Origin: Phaeosaccion multiseriatum
Lineage: Eukaryota; Protista; Ochrophyta, other classes
Direction: 5' to 3'
Length of the DNA stretch: 64,000 bases
Assembly (NCBI GenBank): GCA_965112735.1
Contig: OZ218952.1
Span: 4,650,001 to 4,714,000, forward strand
The notes beneath the pieces are model-generated. The model was given only the letters and a program-made list of their open reading frames with translations, had not been told where the DNA came from and did not search any database. Made by a program: the position numbers and the translations under genes. Shown here piece after piece: positions 13,440 through 27,106 of this stretch (position 1 is the first letter of the stretch; each line of letters begins with the position of its first letter).

Positions 13440-16400
13440 TCAAAGGCTGACGTTGACTCCGCAGCCCTTCACCCCCGGGATGGGGGCCGAGTCCCGAGGG
13501 GGGAAGAGCGGGGGCCGAGAGTACTCGTCCGTGCCATGGCTATTCGAGTCCTCTCCACTCAGAAGCACCTGTTGACGGGTTGGTTGTACAGTTAGGATCA
13601 CAGTGTACGGAGAAGAGGAGAGCGGATCGTGTCAGGTCGGGGGGTTACATAACGAGGCGAAGAGAGAAGAGAACGCGAGGCAAGACGACAAGAACGAGAC
13701 AAATAGAGCAAGCGCCAGTTACAACGAGCAAGCGCCAGTCACAACGAGCAAGCGCCAGTTACAACGAGCAAGCGCCAGTCACAACGAGCAAGCGCAACCC
13801 CTGACAAGCTCTACATGCATGCAAATGGAGCGCCCCTTCCGCTCATTCACTCAATCACTCACTCGCTCACTCACACACTTACTCACTCACTCAATCACTC
13901 ACTCGCTCACTCACAAACTTACTCACTCACTCACTCACCCACCCGCCAACTCACTCCACTCCACTCACTCACTCCCCTCACTCGCTCACTCACTCCACTC
14001 ACTCCCTCACTCAATCACTCACTCACTCACTCACTCACTCACTCACTCACTCACTCACTCACTCCACTCACTCCCTCACCCACTCACTCACTCCCCTCAC
14101 TCACTCGCTCACTCCCCTCACTCACTCACTCACTCACTCACTCACTTACTCACTCACTCCACTCCACTCACTCCCTCACTCACTCACTCACTCACTCACT
14201 CACTTACTCACTCACTTACTCACTCACTCACTCACTCACTCACTCCACTCCACTCCACTTACTCACTCACTCCCTCACTCCGTCACTCACTCACTAACTC
14301 ACCGGAAGGGCGATGGCGGACAAGTTGTTGTTGCTGCTGTGGTGGTTGCTGTGGTTGTTGCCACCGTGTCCCCCCGCGCTGCCACTACCCCCCCCGTGGT
14401 TGTTGCTCCCCCCCCCCCCCTCGCTAATCCAGCGCAGGTTGCCGCCTCTCTTGACTGCCCCCGCTGTCGCGCCCTTGGATCCCGTGGGCACCACCACTGC
14501 TGTAGCGCCGCCGCCCCCCCTCGCAGCGGGGAGAGAGTGCGAGTTGCTGCCACCCCCGCTGCTGCCCCTGCTGCTGCCGCTACTACCGCTGCCGCCGTGC
14601 CGGTCAATAGCCGGAGAAGATGCCTTCGCAGTTTTGGGACAGGGGTGGGTGGTGGTGGTGGTGGTGGTGGTGGTGGAGGAGGAGGAGGAGGAGAAGGGGG
14701 TGAGAACGAGGCACGGTGAGAAAGAGGCGTCAGTCGAAGTGTAAAGGAATGCCAAGGGCAGAAACTGGTACAAGACGAGACTGAAATACTTGAGAGCAAG
14801 CAAACAAGCAACTTTATTCCTTCTGTGGCCGCCCACCCACGTCTCTGCAAGACACAAGGTAGTACGTACAGGATTGCATGTAACCGTCGAAACCGTCTAC
14901 TGTACCCACTCACCTCATAGCAAGCACCGCTCGCCCCTGCTGCTCTCTTGCTCTTGCCGTGGACCAAGCTCCCAACCGCCACATCAGGCCCCACCAATGG
15001 CTTGTCCTCCAACAACGCGTCAACGCTGCTCCCCCCACTGCTCCCTCCACTGCTGCTGCTCCTCGCCTTGCTATCGTGCGGGTTATACCTCCCCCCCCCG
15101 GGACCCCCTTGCTGTCGTCGACCACTCCCACCACTGCCTCGAAGCGCCGAAGCCCCTTCCTCACCTCCTTCCTCCGCCACCGCCTTCACCCCCTTGGCAG
15201 CAGCACCGTCAGCAGCGGACAGCGATACCGACCGTACGGAGAAGTGCAGAACATCTTGTGCAGAAGGGCACCCCCCACTGTTGTTGTTGTTGTTGTTGTT
15301 GGTGCTGGTGGTGGTGGTGGTGCCATTGGAAACAATCTGCCCTCCTTTGCCCCCCCCTCCTCCTCCATCCACTCCTCCGTGATAATGATGAAGATTGCTT
15401 GACTTTGAAGCCTTCGCTCTTCTCCTGATCCTGCCTCCCCCTCCTCCTCCGTTACCCCCCCCCCCACCGTCCGAACCGCCTCCTCCTCCTCCTCCTTCGC
15501 TCACGGAAGAGTCTCTTGAGTCTCTACGGCGAACGCTCAGCGACGGAGCTGCCCCTCCCCCTCCCAAGCCGAGGGGCCGCTGCTGAAAGACCTTCCCTCC
15601 TCCGCCACTACCACTGCTACAGCTGCTGCCACTGCTGCTCCTCCCTCCCCTCCCCCCGCCTCCTCTCGCCCCTCGCGTCGTCCGGACCATCACACCCTCA
15701 CAAGAGTGCTCACGCTCCTGCTGCTGTATCACCAACTGCTGCTGCTGCTGCTGCTGCTGCTGTATCACCAGCGCCTGATGTTGCCGCTGCTGCACCACCA
15801 ACTGCTGATGTTGTCGCGTGTTGCTTCGACCAGGTATACCGCCGGTAACGTGTGGTTGAGCCGTCTCTACCTCAGCCGCCGACGACGAAGGGCTTCTACT
15901 CCGACTATACCCCCCAACCCCCACCCCGCCACCTTTCCCACCAACCGCCGTGCCTATCACGCCCCCTGCCACCCCCTCTGCCCCTGGTGCTGCTGCTCCC
16001 CTCTCCTTGTCCTCCCCCCCTCCTCCCCCCCGTGAGTCGTCGTCGCTCTCAGACTCAATGTCGTCATTGTTGTCCACAAGCTCGTCCTCCGCGTCTTCCT
16101 CCTGATTCTCGGCAGCTGCCGCAACGGACTCGGATCCCTCCTCCAGCTTGACTCTGCCCACTTCGATGCTGCTACTGCTGCTATTGCTATTCCTCCCTCC
16201 TCCCCCTCCTCGCTGGCTCTGGCTGTTGCTTTGATGACTCTTCTCCTTTCGAAGCAACTCCTGCTTGAGGGCTTCCCGTGCAGTCTGGTTGGGCAGGTAG
16301 TAATCCAGCAAGGCGTCACAAATGGCCAGCCCCACATGCTGCAGATGGTCCGTATTCAAGTGATGATCCCGAAGTTCTCCGAAGTCTACCCCACAGAACG

Positions 16401-17491
16401 TCGACTCCACCGTGTAACTGTTGCTAATGCCCAAGTCCCGAGCCACCACCACTCGTGCGGTGGACTCCCTGCCCTTTTTCACCGCGAAAGAGCAGTCCTT
16501 GAAGGAAACGTACTTGCGGCCGAAGCGGTTCCACGCCAAAAGCTTGGGGAACACCCTCGCCGCCGGTCGACTGAGGCCCTTCCTCTTCTCATCGGCGCCA
16601 TACATAAAGATGTTCTGCTTGCGTGAGTGGCCGTGCAAGTCAATGTACATGACCACGTCCCTCCCGTGCTGCTGCTCCTGCCGAATCAACTGCTTGAGCC
16701 CAAAGACCGTCGGGTGAAGTGTACGATGCGGCCTCTTCCACTGCCGATTGAGGTCTACACCGGCCAAGCTACACCTATTGTTACCATACAGCACTCCGTC
16801 CGGATTCAGCATGGGCACCACTTGAAACACAAACATGCTTCTCAATAACCGGGCCTCGAGAGAGTCTCCAGTGAGGAAGTCAAGGATGCCTCGCATCATC
16901 CACGAGGCAGGGATCTCCCCGGGGTGTACGCGTGCGCTGATGATGATGCACTTGCGTCCCGGGAAGTCCATCCCAACCCCCAGCGCTTCTCCTCCTCCCC
17001 CCCCCCCCGTTGACGCTGCTAACAGAGCCGGAGCTTCCGCCCGAGCCGCCTTCGGAGCTACTACTGCTACCGTTTGCTCCCTTGTCACCCCCACCAGTTG
17101 GTGATACAGTACCACACCCAGACCCCCCCCCGGAGGAAGAGGAGAAATCAGTGATGGTGAGAAGGTCGCACTCGTTGCCCCCCAGCGTGGTGCAAAGGAT
17201 CTGATGGCGAAAGTTGCTGGCGGTGCGCTTGTCACTGAGCAGTTGCTTGAGGTGGCGCTTGTGATCGGAGTATGTGTAGGGTTGGAAATGGGCGAGGCGG
17301 TACGTGTCTCCTGGGTTGTTAAAGTCCACTGTAAACGTGAGTGTGTAAAAATTGCCGCTTGACCCATCGGGCTGTGAGGGGTATGGGCAGAGGGAGTGAA
17401 GAGGTTGGGGGGGGGGGGGGGGGCGCAGAGCAAGACAAGACAGACGGGTCAGGGTGAGGGTGAGGGTGAGGGCAAGGGTGAGGGCGTGGGC

Positions 17492-17532
<41 letters not shown>

Positions 17533-17539
17533 CGAGGGC

Positions 17540-17574
<35 letters not shown>

Positions 17575-20500
17575 CGAGGGCGAGGGTGAGGGTGAGGGTG
17601 AGAGCGAGGGTGAGGGTGAGGGTGAGGGTGAGGGCGAGGGCGAGGGTGAGGGTGAGGGTGAGGTATACCATGCATGTATACACACCTTGTAACAGGAGAA
17701 GCCGTTGGCGCGATAGGATATGTGCCTCCCGCACCTCCTCCAGCCGGCGCCCCTCTCCTCCGCGTCCTGATGTGAGTACATGACGGGCCTCATGCCCATG
17801 TTGAACAAGCTGTGCGACAAAAAAGAGCATTGAGATCAGTCATAACGACTCAACAGTTTCAGAAACAGTGCTTAGAAGCTACCCACAGGTAGAGAAAGGG
17901 TGCACGTTGCATCAATACGCATGTTGGCGACGCCCTGGATGAAGAGGTGTTGAATGTCCGTACCTATCGGGCTTGGTAAGATTGACGAGGTTTAGCTTGA
18001 TGCGCTGGGGCTGTTGTTGCTGAGGCCCCTCCGAAATCTGTGAGGAAGGGTGCGTGTTGGTCATCTGGGGAGTAGGTGGGGGTGGGGGTTTGTGGGGCAG
18101 GAGGAGGAGCAGCAGGAGGAGGGGGAGGAGGGGGGGGGTGGGGCAGGAAGGGGGAGGGGAGGAGGAGGAGGAGGAGAAGCGTAGACGCATACGGTGAGGA
18201 GAGGAGATGTGTTAGAGTGAGGGACACGGTCTTGCGCAGGAAAGCGACAAAAACAAAGACAACGCCCACCTTGCAAGGAGCAGGCAAGCAGGACAGGACC
18301 AGGGCATGACAATGCCCAACCAAGCAAGTTGCACGCACGTATACATAAAGCCACACACACACACGCACCCCCAAAGACACACACACACACGTACCGAGAA
18401 GTAGAACCACTGCGTGTGTCCGTGGCTGTGTAGGTCGGGCCTGAGGAAGAGGTCATACTCACACGGCCCTCTCTGCACTGCGCGCATCAAATTGGCACTC
18501 TCAAAGTGGCTGTGGAAGTGAACTGTGTGAGCGAAGGGGCATTTGGCAGAGGGGGAGGGCTGCGGCACCCAGTACGGGTCAGGGGCGTTGACTCGGGAGG
18601 TCACGCCCATCCCAGCTGCGGAGCCCCCCTCGAAGCAGAGCCACAAACGCTCCCCTTGGCTGTTGAGGAGGCCCGTGACACCGGTGTTGCCGTTGCTGGC
18701 GCTGTTGATATACTGCGACGATAATGTCACAGGTGAGGCTGTATGACCAACTGCATTAGCGGGGGTGTAGTCCGGATTGTCTCTGTGATCTCCCGTGTTG
18801 AGATGCTCCAGACCTGCCGGTGCCGTGGTGAGGAGGGGCGCGTATGCATACTTGCCAGGCGGGCCGCTGGGCCTCTGCTGCTGCTGCTGCTGCTGCTCAG
18901 AGGAGGGGTTGGTGGCGCTACTGCCTCCTTCCCCTTCTCCTCCCCCCACCGACCCGTCCTCGAGCGCAGGGCCTGCGCCCTTCCCATTCGCTCCTCTGCT
19001 GCCCATATGACTACTGCTGCTCCCTGCCGTACCGCCACAAGCCGCAGTGGGGGACGCCGAGGCCGATCCAACTGTCCTCCCTCCTCCTCCTCCTGGTCCT
19101 CCTCCTGCCGCCATCTGTGAAGAGCTTGTTGATCCGCCTGACCTTGGCATCGACGGAGAGGCCGTCCTCGATCCTCCTCCCCTCCCCCGCCCCCCCGCCA
19201 ACTCCGCCGCTGGCGCCTCTGCTTCGGCTGCCACCCCCGCCCATCTAGTGCCATCTCCTGCCTCTCCCCCCCGCCCCCGCCCGCCCCTGCTCTGCTGCTG
19301 CCCCCCCACCGCCGCATCACTGCCCCCTCCCCCTTCGTCCTCTGCTGCCCCCCCCCCTCGCCTCGATGAGCTGGTGGAGACTCTCGAGCCCCCTCCACGT
19401 CTTCCCCTGAGCACTACCCCGTCTGCGGATGCCCCCCCTCGCCTTCCACTGCCATCATCATGTATCACCAACTCGCCCCCCCCCCCCGTCTTGTCCTCCT
19501 CATAGACCACCCCTCGCATGCCTTTGGTGGGCATGAGCATGTCCAGCAGGTCCTGTACAGCGGCAATCGCCTGTCCCACACCCCTGAGCTTCACCGCAAC
19601 CGCTCCTCTGCCCCCCCCGCCTCCCCCTCCCTCCCCATCTCCCCCCCCTCCCTCTCCTCCTCCTTCCCCTCCTCCCCCAGCCGCCGCCACCACCGCCGGG
19701 TCCTTGGATGCCAGCCGATCGACATACTCTGCAAGACTCTCCAACACCTCCACCACATCCAAATCCATGGCCCGGAGCGTAGGATGGCAGCTGATGCCCT
19801 CCTCCGACAAGAGAGGAGGCTCTGCTGGCCGTAGCTCGCCGAAGGCCCGCGTCAAGAAGCGGCACAAGCGCCACAGAGCATTGCCCATCACTTTGGCGTA
19901 TCCCACCGACAGCCGCGCCGCCGCCTCCTCCTCTTCCACAGTGGAGCATCGAAAGAGCCCGCGCTGACAAGTGCTGCTGCACTTGTTGCTGTTGTTGCTG
20001 TTGTGATGGTGGTGCCTGTGGTGGTGGTGCTCATGCCGGTGCTGCTGCTGACCTAAGTCTCCCCCTTCCGATGACGGCTCCACCCCCTCCTTGTCCCTCT
20101 CCGTGTCTTCGCCTTCTCCTCCTCTTCCTCCTCCTCCTCCTCCTCCTCCTCCTCCTCCTCCTCCTCCTCCTCCTCCTCCTCCTCCTCCTCCTCCTCCTGC
20201 TCCTCCTCCTCCCTCCCCCTCGCCTCCCCCCACTCCCCAGCCCAACTTGCCCCCCAAGGGGACTGCGTAGGCCCAATGCAGGGCGGCTTTAATGCCGTCC
20301 CTAAGGCTGTCCTGCAGCACCTCGAATCCGTCAGTACTCGCCAGAACACGTGGAAAGGCCGCCACTGCGCCTCCTCCTCCTCCTCCTGCTCCGGTTCCTG
20401 CCCCTCCGCTCCCCCCTCCCTCCCGCTCCATGCCGATGCTGCCCCTGCTTCCCCCGCCGCCTCCACTGCTGCTTCCCCCCCCACCCTCACTCTCACTAAT

Positions 20501-21477
20501 AGCAGTAGGGTGGGCCGCAGCAGAAGATGCCAGAGCCGAAACCCACTCACAAATGGCATTGTCCATGACCTGAAGGAGAGGTGGAAGGGAATGGTGGCGG
20601 TACATAGGAGCTTTACGCATGCATGCATGATAGGGGGAAGTGGAACGCCATTCACAGATGCCACTGTATATCCATTACCTGCAGGACCGCCCCGCTCACA
20701 TTGACGTCCTCCTGCTGTGCCCTGAGCGTGGAGATGAGTCCAGTGATGCTTCGCCCCCAGCCTCCAACGTGAGTGCCCCCCCCAGAGGAGGGGGACGACG
20801 ACGACAACGCTGACGAAACTGAGGTCTGCCCACCACCACTATTGCTGCTACTGCCCCCCGCCGCCGCGCCTCTCCCTCCGCCCCCTTCTGCGGAAGATGC
20901 TGTATCACCAACTGCTGCTGCTGCTGCTGTGGAGGTGGTGGTGGTCGTTGTGGGAGGCTGAAAGGCGAGACTACCATACCCCATGCCCCCCTGGGAAGGC
21001 CAGAGCTTCATGCCGCTTCTCGCTGCCACGTTGCCGGCGGAGGCCCAAGAACCTGCTGCTGCTGCTGCTGCCGTGGAGGAGTGGGAGGAGTGGCTTCTCT
21101 TATGGCCCTTGCCGCCCCCCGCACCGCCCCCCACCCGACCATTGCTGTCAGTCCTATTGCTGCTGCTGCTGCTGATGCTGCTGCTGCTGGTGGTGGTGGT
21201 GGTGGTATTTTGGCTGCCCACGCTGCCCCCGCTTCCTCCGCTGCTGCGGCTGCTGCTGCCTCCTCCTCCTCCTCCTCCTCCTCCTCCTCCTGCTGCTGCT
21301 GCTGCTGCTCCTCCTGCTCCTCCTCCTGCTCTGCTTGATCGGTGAGTAGAGAGGCCTCCGTGGGGGCATGGCCCTGACCCCGACTCTGACCCTGATCCTG
21401 ACCCGCCAATGCAGTTACTGCATCTATTCTCACTGTCGCTATTGTTGCTGTTGTTGTTGTTGCTGTTGGGGTTAGGG

Positions 21478-21566
<89 letters not shown>

Positions 21567-21686
21567 GCTTCCGTCGCCATTATTGCTACTACTCGAGGAG
21601 CTGCCGTTTCCCCCATTCCCACCACCAGCACCAGCACCAGCACCACTGCTGCTACTACTGCTGCCCTTCCCCTTGCTGCCGCTACC

Positions 21687-21719
<33 letters not shown>

Positions 21720-22394
21720 CATATGACTGGTGCTGGTACTCGCCCACGTGTTCGACGTGTCCCTGTTCGATGCGTTCGCTTTGTTGGCATTGGTATGCGC
21801 CATCTTAGCCCCCCCTCCCTCGTCACCACCGCACTGCATGGCCACGAGCATAAGGCAAGCCGCCACCGACGAAGCCGAGTCAGTAATGCCCCGACTCCCC
21901 GAGTACAGCGCCAGGCAGTGAAGCACCGCAGGCACGGCTCCGGGCTCTTGGAAGAGAGCCTCGGGCACCCCCTTGAGCTTCGACAGATTGCAGGCACTGC
22001 GCATGGCGGCTCGGACAACATCCTTTCGAGCCATGTGGGTCTGAAGGACGAGCATGAGAGCTCTGCACACGCCGGCGTTGAAGAGATCCTTGTCAGGGAC
22101 GGAGCGGCCGCCGCTGGTGGGGTCGTAGGCGTCCAGGCCGACTGGGTGGGGGGGTACAGGGGAGGGAGGAGAGAGGGAGAGTTTGTTTGATATTTTGTGT
22201 GTGCGTGTAGTAGTGTATCATCTATCAGGGCGTAGGCAGTAAGGCAACAAAGGTGGAGTGTGTTCTGGGAGCGCTGCTTGCTCTTGCTGGAGGGAGACAA
22301 GACGTGAGGAGAGGAGAGGAAGACTACATGGACGTGTATGTAGTTTATTCCGAAGGGCCACAAAGACTCACAGCCACTACATACTCTATGCACA

Positions 22395-22437
<43 letters not shown>

Positions 22438-22744
22438 GTAGACGCACGCACCTGCTGTCCCCGCCAGCAGCACAGCGCCCTTGTGGTGGTGAGTGGGCAG
22501 GGCCAGGCCGGGAGGGGGCTTGCCTGCAAAGTGCTCAGCGACGTCTCTGGCGAGCCCCCCCTGCATGACCTCGGCGTGCGTGATGAGGTAGAGGATGTGA
22601 ACTGTGGCCGTTACGGTCTCCACCTCGGCCACGTGTACCTGTTGGGGGTTGGGGAGGGGGAAGGAAGGCAGCAAATTAAGTCAGTGAATCATCCATGGAG
22701 TGCCATCCCTTTACGGATGGAAGGATGACGGAGTGATAGGCACA

Positions 22745-22793
<49 letters not shown>

Positions 22794-23641
22794 TTGTCAC
22801 TCACCTTGAGCATGGCGAGCATCACAGCCACACCTCCCGCAGCGGCGATCTCTCGCGCCACCTCGGCCTCCTGCAGCATGCGGAGAAGCACAATGTCCGC
22901 GATGCGGTGCAGGTGCGTGTAGAACACGTTCATGCGAAGGGCGGGCAGCAGCACCCGCACCCCTCCCTCAGCCGCAATGCGGGCGCCCTGTCCCTGAATG
23001 TCGCAGAGGATGGCGAGGGCGTGGCAGCCGCTCTTCACCACGTCTCTCCGATGGACGTGCACGTGTATGGCGTCTAGGATGACCCGTATACCCTTCTGCT
23101 CTCCAAGGAGGAGGCCGTTGCGCTCGTTGCCCACGATGAGGCTGGCGAGCGCGTCAAAGACAAAGGGCAACAGGACAGGGTTGTGCGTGTGCGTGCACAA
23201 CGCAGTGAGGATGCACCGCACCCCTCCGTGGGCAGCAATGAGGTTCTGGTTGTATGTGTTCTGGCACATGTTGCTCAGCGCACCGCAGGCGCTCTTGACA
23301 AGGTCTTGCGAGCCCACATGCATGGCCAGCCCTTTGATGATGAGGGCAATGCCACCCTGCCGACCCACCACCTCCTTCACCAGCGTGTTGTTGAAGGCCA
23401 GCGACCACAGAAGGTCGCACACGGCCTCCTGCATGTCGGCCTTGGCTGCGTGCGCCTGCATCACCCCTAAAATGAGGCGGGTGCCGTCGCGCGCGATCAG
23501 CAGCTTGTTGGCCTCATCCTTGGCGAGAATGGCCAGGGCACCGCAACATGCCTTGAGACACTCGGCGTTGTCCGGGTTCTTCTGCATCCGCTGCAGGATC
23601 TCATGCACCCGCTGTAGGGGCGAGGAGGCGGAGACGATCAT
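13440..23641 (-). CDS. AGTPBP1: Cytosolic carboxypeptidase (M14D tubulin deglutamylase, CCP1/AGTPBP1-like) with N-terminal armadillo repeats; the last exons (14620-14303, 13570-13440) are tentative; apparent frameshift near 17000-17130
   Basis: ARM repeats in 22806-23641 ([29 protein letters not shown]). Conserved CCP motifs: [31 protein letters not shown]|[20 protein letters not shown] (HxxE), [33 protein letters not shown]. Confidence 0.9.
13707..13795. repeat. 20-bp tandem repeat (ACAACGAGCAAGCGCCAGTY) x4
   Basis: Seen directly; the last base alternates T/C. Confidence 0.9.
13845..14300. repeat. Long imperfect (TCAC)n/(GTGA)n microsatellite beginning at a 5' splice site of the CCP gene
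   Basis: About 450 bp of TCAC units directly adjacent to the CCG|gtgagt donor on the minus strand. Confidence 0.9.
17452..17663. repeat. (GGTGAG/GGCGAG)n hexamer microsatellite in a CCP intron
   Basis: About 35 hexamer units, seen directly. Confidence 0.95.
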
Positions 23642-24214
23642 GGTCTCTTGTCTCGGTGCCGGCCACCCGCCTACTAATCGACTCTTGTCTTGCTACCTCC
23701 TCTCTTGCGCCCCCGCCTCGTGTCTTCCCTCCCTCGCCCGGCCAGCGGGACACGAGAAGGGGAGGCTTCTCCCCATCCCTCCCTCCCAACAAGGCAAGCT
23801 TCTCCCGCAAAGAGAGGAGCTTGGTTTCTAGTACGGCCAGATTTCAGGCCCAGACTCCTGAAGCTGTGCGGCCTCGCCTGCTCTGCTGCACTCGTGGGGA
23901 GAGAGTGGCTCCTTCCTCCCCTCTCTAAACCCCTCCCTCTATATCTCTATCTATCTATGTCCCTTCCCTCGCCCCTCCCTTTATCCTCTTGGCATAAGTG
24001 TGCCTTGGGGTGGCGTTACCGACCACGAGCTGATATCAAATTCACCAAATGTGAGCTCCCGAAGTCGCGGGTTCCGTTCTGCCCTTGCGCCAAAAATCGG
24101 AGGAGTTTTGATGAGGAGGGGGCGGTGCATTGGAAAGAGGTAGCGAAGGTCAAGCAGAGCAGAGAGGCTGTAACCAATCAATAGAGGCTTCTTGCTAAGA
24201 CAGCTTGGGACACG

Positions 24215-26102
24215 ATGCTGTCGGCTGTGGGCAGGACAGCAACTACAGGGGTCCTTCGGCCAATTGCCAGGGCGGCCGCCGGGAGCAGCATCAGCAGCAG
24301 TAGCTGCTGCAGCCAGGGATGGACTGGGGCGAAGAAGGCAACGCCAGTGAGGACACCAGCAGTCGGGGGTGAGTGGAAGGGGCGCGTGGGGGGAAATTGC
24401 AGCCAATTGCGCGTGTTAGGGGGCGCAACGCGAATGGCTGGAGAACATGACGGATGACGAGGGAGCCGGCTGTGTGATGTCGGATGGGTAGTTGTTGTCC
24501 TCTTTGCCCTTGCGCACCGACTCGCACCCCCTGCCTCTTTCTGTTTGCATCTACCGCTTTGCACGGTGCACGGGGGGGTGGGGCTGACTTTGGAAGAGAG
24601 AGGGGGGCGTATAGGGAGAGAGAGCGCAAAGAAAACGTTGCCAACCTTCGGACAGAACATTTATTGACGGCCACCCCGCCCTTGTGGCTCCCTCCTTGTC
24701 TCCTGCATAATTGCAATTCGCAATGTGCGCATCCTGCAGCGGTTCGGTGTATGTCTACCGAAATCCCGGGGTCGCTGGACGAGTCGTTTGAGAAGTACAC
24801 CAACAAGCCGGGGGATGAGCAGGGGAAGGAGTACACTTACTTCTTGCTGGGGGGGGCTCGCGTCATCTACGCCTCTTTTGTCAGGACCATTGTCATGCGG
24901 GTGAGTTGAGTGAGTTTGTGCGTCGGACGGAAGGATGATGTTCGGTTTCATTCACTGAGCCCCCCCAGAGAGGGGAGCGCGGCTTGCTTCTGAAGAGCGA
25001 GTCCGTCTTGGTGAAGTACGTGGCGATGGATTCGTGATGGGCACGCTGAGTCGTCATGCGTGCATGCTCACCCACTCCACTATCCCACCCCACCCCCCTC
25101 CTCCGTCCCTCCCTCCCTCGCACCGCAGTTCGTGACGACCATGCAGCCGTCTGCTGCGACTGTTGCAGCGGCCACCATAGAGGTGGACGTGGGAGAGATG
25201 CCCGTGGGGAAGGGAATCACCACCAAGTGGCGAGGAAAGCCCATCTTCATCCGAAGGCGCTCTCCCACCGAGATTGCGGAGATGGATGCGGTGGACATGG
25301 CTGAGCTCAGAGACCCAGGCACGTAGTGCAAGTACCTAGTACGTGCTCCCAAGTACCCCATATGCCTCTATATGATATCGTACTCGCGCCTCTGCATACG
25401 CGTGTTAAGCGGAGCAAGGGACGACCGAGACAGAGAGAGGGCCGCACTTGTCGTTGTAATCGCCTTTGCTCTATTGAAAGCTGACCAACTAACTGGCTGC
25501 CCGCCCCTCTCTTTCTGTGTGCCGCTGCTGCCCTTACCCTGCCCTCCTCGAATTGTTTCCTTTTCTCAGAGACGGACGCGGACCGAGTGGAGCAGCCGGA
25601 GTTCATTGCGGTGATTGGCATCTGCACACACCTGGGCTGCGTGCCTGCGGGCAACGCTGGAAAGTATAACGGTGAGTGGGCAGAGAGAGGGAGGGGCATA
25701 ACTTGTCACTTGTCGCCGCTGTTGTTCAGAAAGACCCTGGAACAAACACACCACGAACAAGCGAGAGTGAGAAGGCGGCAGCCCCATCCAAGCGTTTTGT
25801 TCGTTTACCGTCCGTTCCGCTTGTACTGATTGATGCTGTGCTTTGCCGTGCTGTCTCTCTCTCTCTCTTCCTTCCTTCCTGCTTTCGTTCGTTCGTTCGC
25901 GTCGTGTCCTTCCTTCCTTCCTTCCTTCCCTCCGTTCCTGCCTGTCCTGCTGCTCCGGCTGCCCTATATACCTACAGGCTGGTTCTGCCCCTGCCACGGC
26001 TCTCACTACGACCTCTCCGGGCGAATCCGCCTGGGCCCCGCACCGCTGAACATGGACATTCCGCCCTACAAATTCGATGGGAGCACCATTGTGATGGGCT
26101 AA
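24215..26102 (+). CDS. UQCRFS1: Mitochondrial cytochrome bc1 Rieske iron-sulfur subunit; 5 exons (24215-24368, 24740-24900, ~25129-25318, ~25571-25671, ~25978-26102)
   Basis: [24 protein letters not shown] and [26 protein letters not shown] (Rieske boxes 1 and 2); mitochondrial presequence [21 protein letters not shown]. Confidence 0.97.
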
Positions 26103-27106
26103 ATGGGCTAAGGACATGTCATGTCATGTCATGGTGCTTGGGGAGACGGGAGAGGCGCCGCGAGTGTTATGGGTTGAGGAGGAGTGAGGAGGTCATAAGG
26201 GTGAGGAGTGAAGGAAGAGGCGGAAGGGGGGGAGCCAGAGAGGGAGGCATGGCGGGAGGCACGGTGGGCGGGAAGCGCTCCTCTCATCTCAATAGGAACG
26301 GCGCAAATGCAGCACAGAGCGGTAGCGCCCTCAATTTTTGTGAATGTAGCGAGTGAGTGAGAGTGAGTGAGTGGTGAAAGGCGAAGAAGTGATAAAAGGA
26401 GTCAGCGACAGCACTAGCGGCAGTAGCTTGCTCTCACGCGTGTGAATGAGTGAATGATGGTCATGTCCCCATCACCACGCCAGTATCGAAATAATCGCTC
26501 CGGCGGTCGTATTTCTACGCATTCTTCGCAGGGGGCCGCGGGGCGGAAGGGCCAGTCAGTCAAGGGGGGGGGGGGCTGAGAGCAGCAGGAGCTCTTTTTT
26601 TTTATGAATGTAGAACATGTTACGTGCCGTTCTGATGTCGACTCACTTTTGCCATTTGAGATTGTGATGGGGTGAAACCTACCCACCAACCCCTCTGTTC
26701 TATACACATGTGTTCGTTGGGGTCTCTCTTTTTCAAGGGACTTGTCCCAGGCTACTGATACACTCGCAGGCTCCTATCTGTTGCCATGCCTTGCCTTCTC
26801 GGCCTGGGGATGCTCCCTTGCCTTTCGTGCCTTGACTTGCCTTACGGCCCTCCCCCGTGCTCAACTTCCAAGAAAGACGTTTCCTTCTTGCCTTTCCGAT
26901 TCCATTCAGGCCTGCCTGGCTCAAGGTGAAAGCTCTACTTACAATCTCGATATGTACAGGTGTACAGGTACTTGTTCTTGCTCGGCCTTGCTTTGCTTTG
27001 CGTTCTTGCTTACTCCCCTCACGCGGACTGCTCCAGTTGTGACGTCAGGTAAGTGACGTCACACACAGGTCAGCAGTGGAGCAGTGATTGAACGATAAAG
27101 TCAGCA

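Noticed and set aside
13603-14427. ORFs made of THSL, CVCV, LSLS or EGEG repeats here and throughout the window
   Set aside because: Translations of stop-free intronic microsatellites, not genes.
22998-23831. 277-aa plus-strand ORF (and similar ones such as 5518-6381)
   Set aside because: Antisense to well-supported GC-rich exons; no recognisable domain.
26410-26735. Possible ncRNA or ribozyme between Rieske and HSD17B10 (T-runs, GGTGAAACC hairpin, CTGATG)
   Set aside because: No tRNA, snRNA or snoRNA hallmarks and the hammerhead core is incomplete; would need an Infernal/Rfam scan.
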